The position numbers were made by a program, and so were the translations under genes. A DNA stretch of 64,000 nucleotides, taken from Bdellovibrionota bacterium (GTDB lineage: Bacteria; Bdellovibrionota_C; UBA2361; OMII01). Below, in pieces: positions 1 to 8,901 of the stretch. Below the pieces are notes generated by a model, which saw nothing but the letters and a program-made list of their open reading frames with translations, was not told where the DNA came from and made no database searches. How positions within the stretch are numbered: position 1 is the first letter of the stretch; each line of letters begins with the position of its first letter. Location of the stretch: contig JBIJBE010000003.1 of assembly GCA_044345405.1 (NCBI GenBank), positions 1 to 64,000 on the forward strand. Direction: 5' to 3'.

Positions 1-2
1 AC

Positions 3-968
3 CAATACTTAGATGATTCCGCGGTTCGTCACCTCTATCGAGTATCCTCTAGTTTGGACTCGATGATACTTGGCGAAGCGCAGATCCTCGGGCAGGTGAA
101 GAAGGCCTACCAACGGGCGATAGAGGTTGGAAGCGTCGGCTCTCATCTCCACCACATCTTCCAGAGCGCGTTCAATGTCGCAAAGAAAGTTCGCGCCCAT
201 ACGGATGTCTCGCAGCACGGTGTGTCTGTGAGTTACGTGGCAGTGCGTCTTGCTGAACAGATCTTCTCGGATTTGGATAACACCACAGTTCTTATCTTAG
301 GTAGCGGCGAGATGGCAGAGCTTGCTGCGTTGCATCTCTGCTCCCGTGGATGCCGACGGATTATCGTCGCGAATCGAACCGTTGAGAAAGCGGCGGAGCT
401 GGCTGAGCGATTCGGTGGAAGCGCGGTGTCGCTCTCTGATGTCGATCGAGTGCTCGATCAGGCGGATATCGTTATCGGGTCAATCTCGATAGACAAACCC
501 ATTCTGAGTCGCTCGGCACTCCGAGCTCGAAAGGGGGATAGGCCGCTCTTCCTGATTGACCTTGGTGTACCCCGCAACTTCGCCTCTGATATGGCCGAGA
601 TGGATAGCGTCTACCTCTACAACATCGATGACCTCGCGGGTATCGCCGATGAGAATCGAGCGCTTCGAGAAGCGGCCGCTCAGGACGCTGAACTGATTAT
701 TGAGTACGGCCTAGCCCAATTTGAGCGATGGCGACATAAACGCGTAGTCCAGCCAGAGATAGTGGATCTTCGAGCCGCGGTGCATGAGATCTGCGCCACT
801 GAGGTGAACCGCCTCCTGGCTACCCAAGAGGGTATGGATAACGGCGCTGTTGAACACCTGGCGCATGCGATTAGTCAAAAGATCGCGCATGAGCTGACCA
901 AGCTCGTCGAGCACCGAATTAAGGGAGAAAGTGAGTCAACTCCGCTGATTATCGTGCCTAAGGGCTAG
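3..968 (+). CDS. hemA: Glutamyl-tRNA reductase, 5'-partial (runs off the left edge)
   Basis: Frame is open from base 3: [32 protein letters not shown] motif ILGSGEMA, plus ANRT, DLGVPRN and LYNIDDL. Confidence 0.95.
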   Translation, partial: QYLDDSAVRHLYRVSSSLDSMILGEAQILGQVKKAYQRAIEVGSVGSHLHHIFQSAFNVAKKVRAHTDVSQHGVSVSYVAVRLAEQIFSDLDNTTVLILGSGEMAELAALHLCSRGCRRIIVANRTVEKAAELAERFGGSAVSLSDVDRVLDQADIVIGSISIDKPILSRSALRARKGDRPLFLIDLGVPRNFASDMAEMDSVYLYNIDDLAGIADENRALREAAAQDAELIIEYGLAQFERWRHKRVVQPEIVDLRAAVHEICATEVNRLLATQEGMDNGAVEHLAHAISQKIAHELTKLVEHRIKGESESTPLIIVPKG

Positions 969-1068
969 CCGCCCTCATCGGGTCGGTGGCACAACAGAAA
1001 AATATGATCTCCAGCCTGAACTTTCTCGCCTTGTGCCACGTCGTAGCTCGGTGTCAGGAGATATAACT

Positions 1069-2124
1069 ATGAAAACTAAACCCTACAACCAGCTACGTGG
1101 ACCTGTTCAAGCGATAGTCACCGTGCTTTTTCTGATACTGTCATTAGGGGTAAGTAGAGCCGAAGAGAGGAATGGTATGAACGATGATCTGAAGAACCGA
1201 CTAAGCCCGATGCAGTACAAGGTTACGCAGCAGTGTGGGACGGAGCCGCCATTTCAGAACGAGTACTGGGATAACCACGCCGAGGGTATTTACGTCGATG
1301 TCGTATCCGGAGAGCCCCTTTTTAGCTCCAAGGATAAGTTCGATTCAGGGACGGGGTGGCCGAGCTTCACCAAGCCGATTAAGGGTGGCACGATTACTGA
1401 GAAGAGCGACCTCTCACATGGGATGAGACGGGTCGAGGTGCGCTCGAAGGACGCTGATTCTCACCTGGGGCACGTATTTCCGGATGGGCCAGGGCCAGAG
1501 GGTTTGCGGTTCTGTATCAACTCCGCGTCGTTGAGGTTTGTTCCCGTTGAGCAACTTGAAGCGCAGGGGTACGGAGAATATCTCCCGCTCTTCAAGGATT
1601 CAAACACGCCCGCGCCATCAGAGAAAGCTGTTGTCGCTACGGAGGAAACCGCGGTGCTTGCCGGTGGATGTTTCTGGGGTGTTGAGGAGCTGATCCGAAA
1701 TTTGCCAGGTGTTATCTCCACAGAAGTTGGATACACCGGAGGATCTATTCCGAGCCCGACCTACGATATGATGACCACTGGGCGCACCGGACATGCGGAG
1801 GCCGTCCGCGTCGTCTTCGATCCGCGCAAGCTTTCGTACGCCGACCTCCTGAGGTATTTCTTCCGACTTCATGATCCAACAACCGTAAATAGGCAAGGTA
1901 ACGATCGGGGAACGCAGTACCGCTCAGCGATCTTCTACACCACACCCGAGCAGAAACGTGTCGGTGATGAGGTTCGAAAGGAGGTCGAGGCCTCCGGAAA
2001 GTGGAAGGCGCCGATAGTAACGGAGGTAACGCCAGCGTCAGAGTGGTATCGGGCCGAGGAGTATCATCAGGATTACCTGCAACGGAATCCGAACGGCTAC
2101 ACCTGCCACTATCTCAGGGATTAA
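1069..2124 (+). CDS. msrAB: Fused methionine sulfoxide reductase MsrB-MsrA with a probable signal peptide
   Basis: MsrB motifs [26 protein letters not shown]. MsrA motifs [31 protein letters not shown] 1069 follows AGGAG; hydrophobic N-terminus ends in SRA|EE. Confidence 0.93.
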   Translation: MKTKPYNQLRGPVQAIVTVLFLILSLGVSRAEERNGMNDDLKNRLSPMQYKVTQQCGTEPPFQNEYWDNHAEGIYVDVVSGEPLFSSKDKFDSGTGWPSFTKPIKGGTITEKSDLSHGMRRVEVRSKDADSHLGHVFPDGPGPEGLRFCINSASLRFVPVEQLEAQGYGEYLPLFKDSNTPAPSEKAVVATEETAVLAGGCFWGVEELIRNLPGVISTEVGYTGGSIPSPTYDMMTTGRTGHAEAVRVVFDPRKLSYADLLRYFFRLHDPTTVNRQGNDRGTQYRSAIFYTTPEQKRVGDEVRKEVEASGKWKAPIVTEVTPASEWYRAEEYHQDYLQRNPNGYTCHYLRD

Positions 2125-2137
2125 AGAGACCAAGCCC

Positions 2138-4309
2138 TTACGAGGCGGATCGGAGGAGGATCGTCTTCGCGATGAGATCGAAGATGCGAGGGATCTCGTT
2201 CGCGTTGTCGGTCGGGAAATACTCTCCTTGCGTCTCTAAACGACGAGCGGCCACTCCACCTGAAGCAAAGACGGATTCCATCTCATCGGGGCGGAGAGGG
2301 CGTAGGTCCTGGTACGTTGTGTCCCCATCCACGAGGCCATCGTATGAGGTGTATCCGATACGAGGTTGCGGTGGATTGGTGCCCTTATTAAGCCGATGAT
2401 CGGAGCATGAAGAGACGACGCGGGATGTTTGAGCACCGGCTATTTGGTAGTGCGACCGAACGGATGTAGGAAGGAGTTGATTCGTAAACATTGAACGAGC
2501 GAACGCAAGCCTCGCGAGGAAGAAATCCTTGCGCGAGGTGTGATCGTCGGCATCTTGCAGTGGGTCGTTGCAGCTTGTGTCCTGGGTGTATTCACCACCG
2601 GTTCTGTTGGTGGTGTGAGCGTCGGCGGTGCCCAGTCCAACGGTAAATATAGTCGCGGCGAATCGTGTTCGAAGGTAATCAGCCGCCTCTACCGCGCAGT
2701 AGTAGGGGAGCTCATCGTATTTTTGTATCCCGTATCCCTGCGGTAGAGCGGGAAGACTGAAAAAACTCGCGGGCCAGTTCGGATCCCGCCATGTCGTATT
2801 TGCGGTGCTGATGGGAACCCCGGATACCGTGGCGAGATATGGGCCTGGCGCTCCTCCGCTCGGGTACGGGTTTGTGTATGGAATCGAGAAGGAGAAGTTT
2901 GTGGTGCTTGGGCTGAGACAACCCTGAGTTGCGCTTCCGCGCCCCCCCGGTCCCTGGTTACGGGTGATGGTCTGCTCAAACTTGCGGGGATCCCCATCGG
3001 CGACCTCCCTGCCGCAGGTTTTGCTTAAGTTCGGAGCGACCTGATTGGCGGAGATCGGGAAATTAAAGAGGCGGGGCACCCCTGCCGCGTCGACCTCTCG
3101 GGCGACGAACGGTGCCGGACCGCGGTATTGTTTAGTAACGCCTCCATCGAGAGCTACCCACTCAAGGGCATAATGGTAGAAATCGCGAGTTCCGCAGCTC
3201 CCGGCGGGAGACCTTGTGGCGTTGCCGGTGCCGCTGTTTGTGCCTGTTATATAGGTATCGCATTGACCATTCGGAATAACTCCCTCGGTAAAGATGCCCC
3301 GCATCGCGTTTGGAGCTCCATCGGTGAAGAACACGAGGAAAGGTTGAAGGCGACGCGGTGGCTCGGGCACATTGAGTGCAGTGCGTAATCCTTCAAGTTC
3401 TCGGATGCCTTCAGCGAGGGCGTCGCAATGATTGGTGTTGCTTCCGGCCAGGGCTTTGAGGACAGAGCGAAGATTACCTTTTTGGTTTGTTAGAAATTGG
3501 TGCGCAGTGGTTCCGGCTAACAAGGGATGGGTCGAGGTGGCATCTTTGAGGAACTGTCCGTTTGAAAAGCTGTAGAGTTGCTGGGCCGCCAGATTAAAAG
3601 CGATAACAGAGATCCGATCCTGATTTGGATTAAAATGCTTCGCGAAGCTCTCCACACCATCGGCGAGCTTATCGAGTTTGGTAATCGCGCTTCCGCAGGC
3701 GTTCGCTCGACGACATGAGCAAGGCACGGGAAAAGCGGCCGGATCCTGACCCGGTGCTGGACACAGCATGGAGCCTGAGACGTCTAGCATGAGCACGACA
3801 TTGGCTCTGTTGAGGTTGGAGTGATGTTGTCGGGAGAGGTTGAGGGTGCTGCTCAGACCAATAGGTTTTCCGTTTGCGTCCACCGGCGAGTTAAACCCAT
3901 AATTGAGGATATTATTGAGTTTGCCTATCAGTATGGTCGACGGTGTGTGCGACACCGATACAGCCACCGAGTCCTGAACGGAGTTGTAATTGACCTGAAT
4001 ATTATTGGGACTCAGGCTGACTCCGTAGCTTTGTAAGTTTTCCTGAACCGCTTGTTTGGTGGCGTTGATCAGTTCGGTGTTGCCACTGGCTCCCGGTTGG
4101 ACGTAGTCCCATCCCTGAACGCCCCGAAATCCCACCGCGGCGAGAGAACCGGCTCGGGCGGCTTTATCAAGACGCATACGCCACAGGTAAATGTTTCCAA
4201 TATCAAGCGCAAAGGCGGCGAAGGTCAGGAAGAGTCCTAACACGACAAGCAACATGAAGGTCATGAATCCGCCCTGATTAGAGGACGGTTGTTTCTCGTT
4301 GTGAGCCAT
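2138..4309 (-). CDS. TadG-like pseudopilin with a von Willebrand A domain
   Basis: N-terminal G|hydrophobic helix followed by ALDIG..RLDKAARAGSLAA (Tad domain). MIDAS motif LDVSGSM..T..FFTDG. Long Cys-containing insertions. Confidence 0.8.
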   Translation of the reverse strand: MAHNEKQPSSNQGGFMTFMLLVVLGLFLTFAAFALDIGNIYLWRMRLDKAARAGSLAAVGFRGVQGWDYVQPGASGNTELINATKQAVQENLQSYGVSLSPNNIQVNYNSVQDSVAVSVSHTPSTILIGKLNNILNYGFNSPVDANGKPIGLSSTLNLSRQHHSNLNRANVVLMLDVSGSMLCPAPGQDPAAFPVPCSCRRANACGSAITKLDKLADGVESFAKHFNPNQDRISVIAFNLAAQQLYSFSNGQFLKDATSTHPLLAGTTAHQFLTNQKGNLRSVLKALAGSNTNHCDALAEGIRELEGLRTALNVPEPPRRLQPFLVFFTDGAPNAMRGIFTEGVIPNGQCDTYITGTNSGTGNATRSPAGSCGTRDFYHYALEWVALDGGVTKQYRGPAPFVAREVDAAGVPRLFNFPISANQVAPNLSKTCGREVADGDPRKFEQTITRNQGPGGRGSATQGCLSPSTTNFSFSIPYTNPYPSGGAPGPYLATVSGVPISTANTTWRDPNWPASFFSLPALPQGYGIQKYDELPYYCAVEAADYLRTRFAATIFTVGLGTADAHTTNRTGGEYTQDTSCNDPLQDADDHTSRKDFFLARLAFARSMFTNQLLPTSVRSHYQIAGAQTSRVVSSCSDHRLNKGTNPPQPRIGYTSYDGLVDGDTTYQDLRPLRPDEMESVFASGGVAARRLETQGEYFPTDNANEIPRIFDLIAKTILLRSAS

Positions 4310-5111
4310 TGGTATTCAGCTGAATCATCATTTGCGGTAAGAATTTAACGATCGGTTCGAACGCGTAGCTCACCTCCACCGTTGCCACGCGACCTCGTTG
4401 ACACATGGCGGTAGGGGTTACAAGGAGTCTTTCCTCCTGAGACGAGCCATTTTTGGTCTGATAGATTCCACCGTCCTTCTTTTCTATGCCTGTGGCTGTG
4501 AGCCCCGCGATTGTCTTATCGCTCATTGATGAGCTGGCAGGGGATGAATTTTGTCGCATGTAAATCGGGGAGGTATTTACCTGGGAGAAGGGGGAAGAGA
4601 GATCCCCCTCTCTACAGTCTCCCTCCTCAAGTTCTTCTTTTGTTTCCTCGGTGATCCCAGAGGCGCGGATATTCGCTTTGGCTGCTATCTCAGTGACCTC
4701 TCGCATGCCGGCCAAGGCGCAGTTTGTATCCACAGTGGGGTCCTCGATCTTCCAACGAAAGACCTTGGATCCCACTGCGGCACGACCGACCGTGCTGTTG
4801 AGGAGCTGCTGCGCGCCCCCTTGCACCCGTTCGAGGCAGGCTTGTACCGCCGTCTCGGTAAGAGCTCTGTCGATTCGTAAACCCGATGAGCCGAAGACGG
4901 GTGGTTTGTATATCGTGATGTCGCTGCACTGGCGGTAGATCTGGCCAGCGGTTTCTTGGCTGACAAATGTCGTAATTTGCAGAAAGCGCATGTACCGCGA
5001 AAGATCGATCGTCGCTCCAGCTACGAGAAGGAGGATCGGAATCGTAAAGCAGAACTCCACGAGACCAGCCCCTTGTTGCCTATGATATTTTTTGTCGCGA
5101 TTCATTTCCAT
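4278..5111 (-). CDS. TadE/TadF-like pseudopilin
   Basis: Prepilin-like QQG|AGLVEF followed by a TM helix. C-terminal TVEVSYAFEPI is typical of TadE-like proteins. Confidence 0.8.
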   Translation of the reverse strand: MEMNRDKKYHRQQGAGLVEFCFTIPILLLVAGATIDLSRYMRFLQITTFVSQETAGQIYRQCSDITIYKPPVFGSSGLRIDRALTETAVQACLERVQGGAQQLLNSTVGRAAVGSKVFRWKIEDPTVDTNCALAGMREVTEIAAKANIRASGITEETKEELEEGDCREGDLSSPFSQVNTSPIYMRQNSSPASSSMSDKTIAGLTATGIEKKDGGIYQTKNGSSQEERLLVTPTAMCQRGRVATVEVSYAFEPIVKFLPQMMIQLNTNGSQRETTVL

Positions 5112-5139
5112 ACGATACAGCTCTACGCTTACACCTATG

Positions 5140-5796
5140 TTAATCCTCGAGGGCTGCGCTGCCAGGCCGCTCTAAAACTGTAATCGCGGTGCCAACCAGC
5201 CTCATGTTTCCTAGATATCCGAACATCGGAACATTCCCCCCAAAGATCGATGAGAGCGGGTACTGTAGCTCTACCCCGATATAGTCCCCCACCGCGGCGT
5301 ACGGCGGGTTTGATGTCGGGCTCGTTGTGTCGAACCATTGCAGAGACGGATACGATGTAAGAGTGAGCGTGAGTCCGTTAGGTGTTGTATCGAGAAGATA
5401 CTGACTTTGAGCGCACTGTTTCCAGCAGCCGGGCGTGGTACCTCCCCACTTCCAACTGCGCAGAGTACTTACTAACTCAACCCTGAGTTCGTCAGCGTTA
5501 AACTGCCTGTAGGTGCATGTCTTTTGAATGCAACTTCCCTGAGACCCGGGATTAACGTCAGCTCGAGGATCAAGCGCAAGACCGGCATCCTTAGCGATCT
5601 CACTTGCCAACATCTGCAATGAGAAGTGTCGGGCCGCAACCAGCATAAAGAAGAGCGAGGCGAAGACCACGAGGAGAAGAACCGGCATAATAATGGCCGC
5701 TTCAACGTAAACAGCTCCCGTTTCCGGTGTGCGAGTGCGAGCGATAGTCATAGCGCGTGGGCTTATAAAGAACCTTCGCATGATACATCGTACCAT
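5140..5796 (-). CDS. TadE-like pseudopilin (start uncertain)
   Basis: ETG|AVYVEAAIIMP followed by a TM helix. C-terminal VGDYIGVELQYPL. Confidence 0.78.
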   Translation of the reverse strand: MVRCIMRRFFISPRAMTIARTRTPETGAVYVEAAIIMPVLLLVVFASLFFMLVAARHFSLQMLASEIAKDAGLALDPRADVNPGSQGSCIQKTCTYRQFNADELRVELVSTLRSWKWGGTTPGCWKQCAQSQYLLDTTPNGLTLTLTSYPSLQWFDTTSPTSNPPYAAVGDYIGVELQYPLSSIFGGNVPMFGYLGNMRLVGTAITVLERPGSAALED

Positions 5797-6000
5797 TCAG
5801 GCGGGAACTTAAGTCCAAAAAAGGGGGCAAGCACGCTCTATCTCCCTGTTTTGATGAGATGTTTTGTGCGAGGATGCGTCGTCGAAAAGTTATCCGATTT
5901 CGTTTTTTCTCTAGTCCTTGTGGCTACTTAGGACATCGATCGAACGTTTGGTATGGAGCATGGACTGAAGTGGTAGCCCGGGTGTAGGTTCTTTATACGT

Positions 6001-6804
6001 ATGTCAAATCCTCTTGGTAAACATGTTCCCTACGGAGATTCCGTAGACGAGAGTATCCTCTTTCCGATCGAGCGTGGCCCATCTCGCACGCGTCTCAATC
6101 TCCGTGACCCGCTACCTTTTGAGGGGATCGATCGGTGGACCGCGTTTGAAGTTTCATGGCTTGATACCTCGGGTATTCCCCAGGTAGGGATCGCCACGAT
6201 CTCGTATCCCGCGCGCTCGGCGTTTCTTGTTGAGTCGAAGAGTCTTAAGCTCTTCCTCGGTGGTTTCAATTTCACGAAGTTCTCATCCGCGGGAGCGCTT
6301 GAGGAGAGTATCGCCACGGCGCTTCGTACGAAGCTTCAATCTTCGGAGGTTGAGGTTTCGATACTTCCCTCAGAACGATGGGGAGAGCTCTCGATCGTGG
6401 CGGCACCCGGCGTGTGTGTCGATCGAGCGCAGATAGATTCGGCGCAGGATTTCCGTCTGCGTGCCGGTGATGAGATCGTTGAGGAGACCATCCACTCCCA
6501 TTTGTTACGCTCTCTCTGTCCAGTAACCGCGCAGCCTGATTGGGGGAGCGTGGCGATTCACTATCGCGGTAAAAAGCTCAGTCACGCCTCGTTAGTTGGA
6601 TATCTTCTCTCGCACCGAAGTCATCAGGGATACCACGAAGAATGTTGCGAGCTGATCTTCATGGACCTTCTCTCTGTTCTTAATCCTTCCCACTTGTGGG
6701 TGGCCTGTCTCTATACCCGCCGTGGCGGGATCGATATCAATCCGGAGCGATGGTTGCCTGGCACCGAGCGTCCACGGATTGAGGGGCGGTTGGCGAGGCA
6801 GTAG
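6001..6804 (+). CDS. queF: NADPH-dependent 7-cyano-7-deazaguanine reductase (bimodular QueF)
   Basis: DRWTAFEVSWL, VESKSLKLFL, LRSLCPVTAQPDWGS, HEECCE, YTRRGGIDINP. Confidence 0.95.
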   Translation: MSNPLGKHVPYGDSVDESILFPIERGPSRTRLNLRDPLPFEGIDRWTAFEVSWLDTSGIPQVGIATISYPARSAFLVESKSLKLFLGGFNFTKFSSAGALEESIATALRTKLQSSEVEVSILPSERWGELSIVAAPGVCVDRAQIDSAQDFRLRAGDEIVEETIHSHLLRSLCPVTAQPDWGSVAIHYRGKKLSHASLVGYLLSHRSHQGYHEECCELIFMDLLSVLNPSHLWVACLYTRRGGIDINPERWLPGTERPRIEGRLARQ

Positions 6805-6834
6805 GGGGTACAAGAACTTTCGAGTCGGCACATT

Positions 6835-6912
6835 CGGAGGGCGACCATTCCTGGTCGCCGGAACCTCACATGTCTCGAACGCCATGCGGCGCGCAGGAAT
6901 GCGCGCCCTCCG
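6835..6912. repeat. Inverted pair of REP-like palindromes
   Basis: cggagggcgaccattcctggtcgccg (6835-6860) and the inverted variant cggcgcgcaggaatgcgcgccctccg (6887-6912). The stems differ by compensatory changes. Confidence 0.85.
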
Positions 6913-7082
6913 GGGTGCCGGGTTGTGATGCATACCGCCCCCCCCCCGGTCTCCACCTGTCCGAATCAGAAAACGCCTTAGCTTCACGCGAAGAATTCCC
7001 TAGCGCCCCCACGCCCGGCGGCGGTACAGTTTCAAGGCACCTCCCCCCGTGCGAACAACTTGTTTACAAAGGATATGCACGA

Positions 7083-8300
7083 GTGAATCCATCATTCTCT
7101 TCGCGCGAACAGGAGATTCGCCAGTTAGGAAAGAAAATTGAAGTAGAGGTAGCCCAGGGTAATGAGCCGAACGATTTTTTTGAACGGGTTCTGCGCCTTC
7201 CCGTATCGGACTTTACCACCCTTCAAGACACCATGCTCTCCCTGTGTGAGGCCCGTCTCGGAGGAAGCGACACTGAGCGGATTGCTCGTTTAGAAAATTT
7301 TGGCGCGACTACGGTTCGTTACCTCGGACTTTTCTTTGATCGTGAGACGATTAATGAGGAGTTTATCCCTCGACTTCTTGAGAGAGCGCCGAGTGTTCAG
7401 GATGAGTCGCCGGAAGCCGTCGAGAATCGGTCGGCTCGGTATGAGAGGATCATCGCCTTAGCTCAACTAGCCCCTCGTATGGATCAGGATCTCGTCGAGC
7501 CGGTTTTAGAGACCTGCCTTGAGCTCGCGAGCCATGACGATGGATTTCTACCGGACCTGTTGTTGCCACTCGCGAACTTTGAGCGAACGTATCGGGAGCG
7601 AGGAGAGGAGGAGCCCAATTCGCTGATCGATCGCTCTCGTGTGCTTTGCCTTGAATCGGTTCGGGAGATCTTGGATGTCACCGTTACCGCGCTCTCGGAG
7701 GCGGACCAAGATTCCTTGAACGACGCGATGGCTATTCTCCCACTCTTGCATACCGCTGGTGTTTCGCTTCTTACAATCCTTCCAAGTGTCGCGCACAATA
7801 ACGACCCAGTATACGTCGCAAAGATGACGGAGATACTCGACCACAGCGAGTGGTTGTTGAGCCGAGGGGAGGGGTTTCCGGGTAATTTTGTGACTCCCGC
7901 CGAGATAGCGATATTCGATTCGGTGCGGAGTGTCTTCAGCCTCTGTTCCGCTATGATGACCGTGTATAGCGCCGAGCACTCGTCGACTATTTCGCGTATG
8001 CGTGTGGCGAAACGGGAGGGGCCTCACCGTGTCGGAACCGTCGCCCTTGAGTTGGCGCGCCGGAGAGACCAGGTGGATGGCATGTCACTGATCCGTGATC
8101 TAGTTCACCATCATCTCGAGGTAGAGGCGTCTCCTCAAGGGAAACCTCTCTCTCTACCGGCTCTCCTTGAAGTGTCAGCGTTGGCGTGGCATCTCGATGT
8201 CGGAAAAACCTCTCTTATTAACGCCGTGCTGCAACGAATTCGCGATCCACGAGGGCAGTTCTATCTGCATAAGACGTTGGAGGGGGCACCGTGGGGGTAG
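7083..8300 (+). CDS. Hypothetical alpha-helical protein (~405 aa)
   Basis: Long open frame with Leu/Glu-rich helical composition. GTG 7083 follows AAGGA. The upstream ORF extension runs through a REP and is probably spurious. Confidence 0.7.
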   Translation: MNPSFSSREQEIRQLGKKIEVEVAQGNEPNDFFERVLRLPVSDFTTLQDTMLSLCEARLGGSDTERIARLENFGATTVRYLGLFFDRETINEEFIPRLLERAPSVQDESPEAVENRSARYERIIALAQLAPRMDQDLVEPVLETCLELASHDDGFLPDLLLPLANFERTYRERGEEEPNSLIDRSRVLCLESVREILDVTVTALSEADQDSLNDAMAILPLLHTAGVSLLTILPSVAHNNDPVYVAKMTEILDHSEWLLSRGEGFPGNFVTPAEIAIFDSVRSVFSLCSAMMTVYSAEHSSTISRMRVAKREGPHRVGTVALELARRRDQVDGMSLIRDLVHHHLEVEASPQGKPLSLPALLEVSALAWHLDVGKTSLINAVLQRIRDPRGQFYLHKTLEGAPWG

Positions 8301-8325
8301 GGAAGTCTTCGAGATAGATTCGAGA

Positions 8326-8873
8326 CCACGTGCACGTGAACGTAAACGTGCACGACATCACTAGCTATCCAATACGGGACCGGCTCTTTCGGGTACGTTT
8401 ACGTTCACGTTTACGAGCACGTTCACGTTGGAAATGGGGGGGGCTGCGATTTGAGCCTGGGTTCGGTATTCGGACGTTTACGTGCACATGCACGTAAACG
8501 TGAACGTACCCGTGCCCCATTTTCGCAGGGAGCTTAAAACGAATGGCGTAGACTTGCTCCGCAGGCGCTTTGAGCGTCTTTGATTCGCTATCAAACGAGA
8601 AAGAAGTTTTTTCGGGTGCGTTCACGTTCACGTTTACGAGCACGTTCACGTTGGAAATGGTGGGCAGCGATTGGAGCTTGGGTTCGGTATTCGGACGTGA
8701 ACGTGCACATGCACGTAAACGTGAACGTACCCGTGCCCCATTTTCACAGGGAGCTCAAAACGAATGGCGTGGAATTGCTCCGCAGGCGCTTTGAGCGTCT
8801 TTGATTCGCTATCAATCGAGAAAGAAGTTTTTTTCGGGTACGTTTACGTTCACGTTTACGAGCACGTTCACGT
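8326..8873. repeat. Tandem ~222-223 bp repeat built from inverted ACGT-core hexamer arrays
   Basis: Unit start ttcgggt(a/g)cgtt(t/c)acgttcacgtttacgagcacgttcacg at 8388, 8611 and 8833. Oppositely oriented arrays at ~8326, ~8474 and ~8695. Lies between convergent genes. Confidence 0.92.
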
Positions 8874-8901
8874 GTGTTCCAGGGGCGTGGACGTCCCACC
8901 C

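Noticed and set aside
5797-6000. preQ1 riboswitch upstream of queF
   Set aside because: No recognisable preQ1 stem-loop with an A-rich tail.
6870-7082. N-terminal ORF extensions or small ORFs through repeats (also 8365-9112, 12785-12994, 25749-26030, 41189-41703, 51410-51878)
   Set aside because: They translate palindromic repeat or intergenic DNA. Better starts exist downstream, or there is no coding signal.
8326-8873. Possible CRISPR array
   Set aside because: The spacers are themselves duplicated, the repeats alternate in orientation, the period is ~222 bp, and no cas genes are present.
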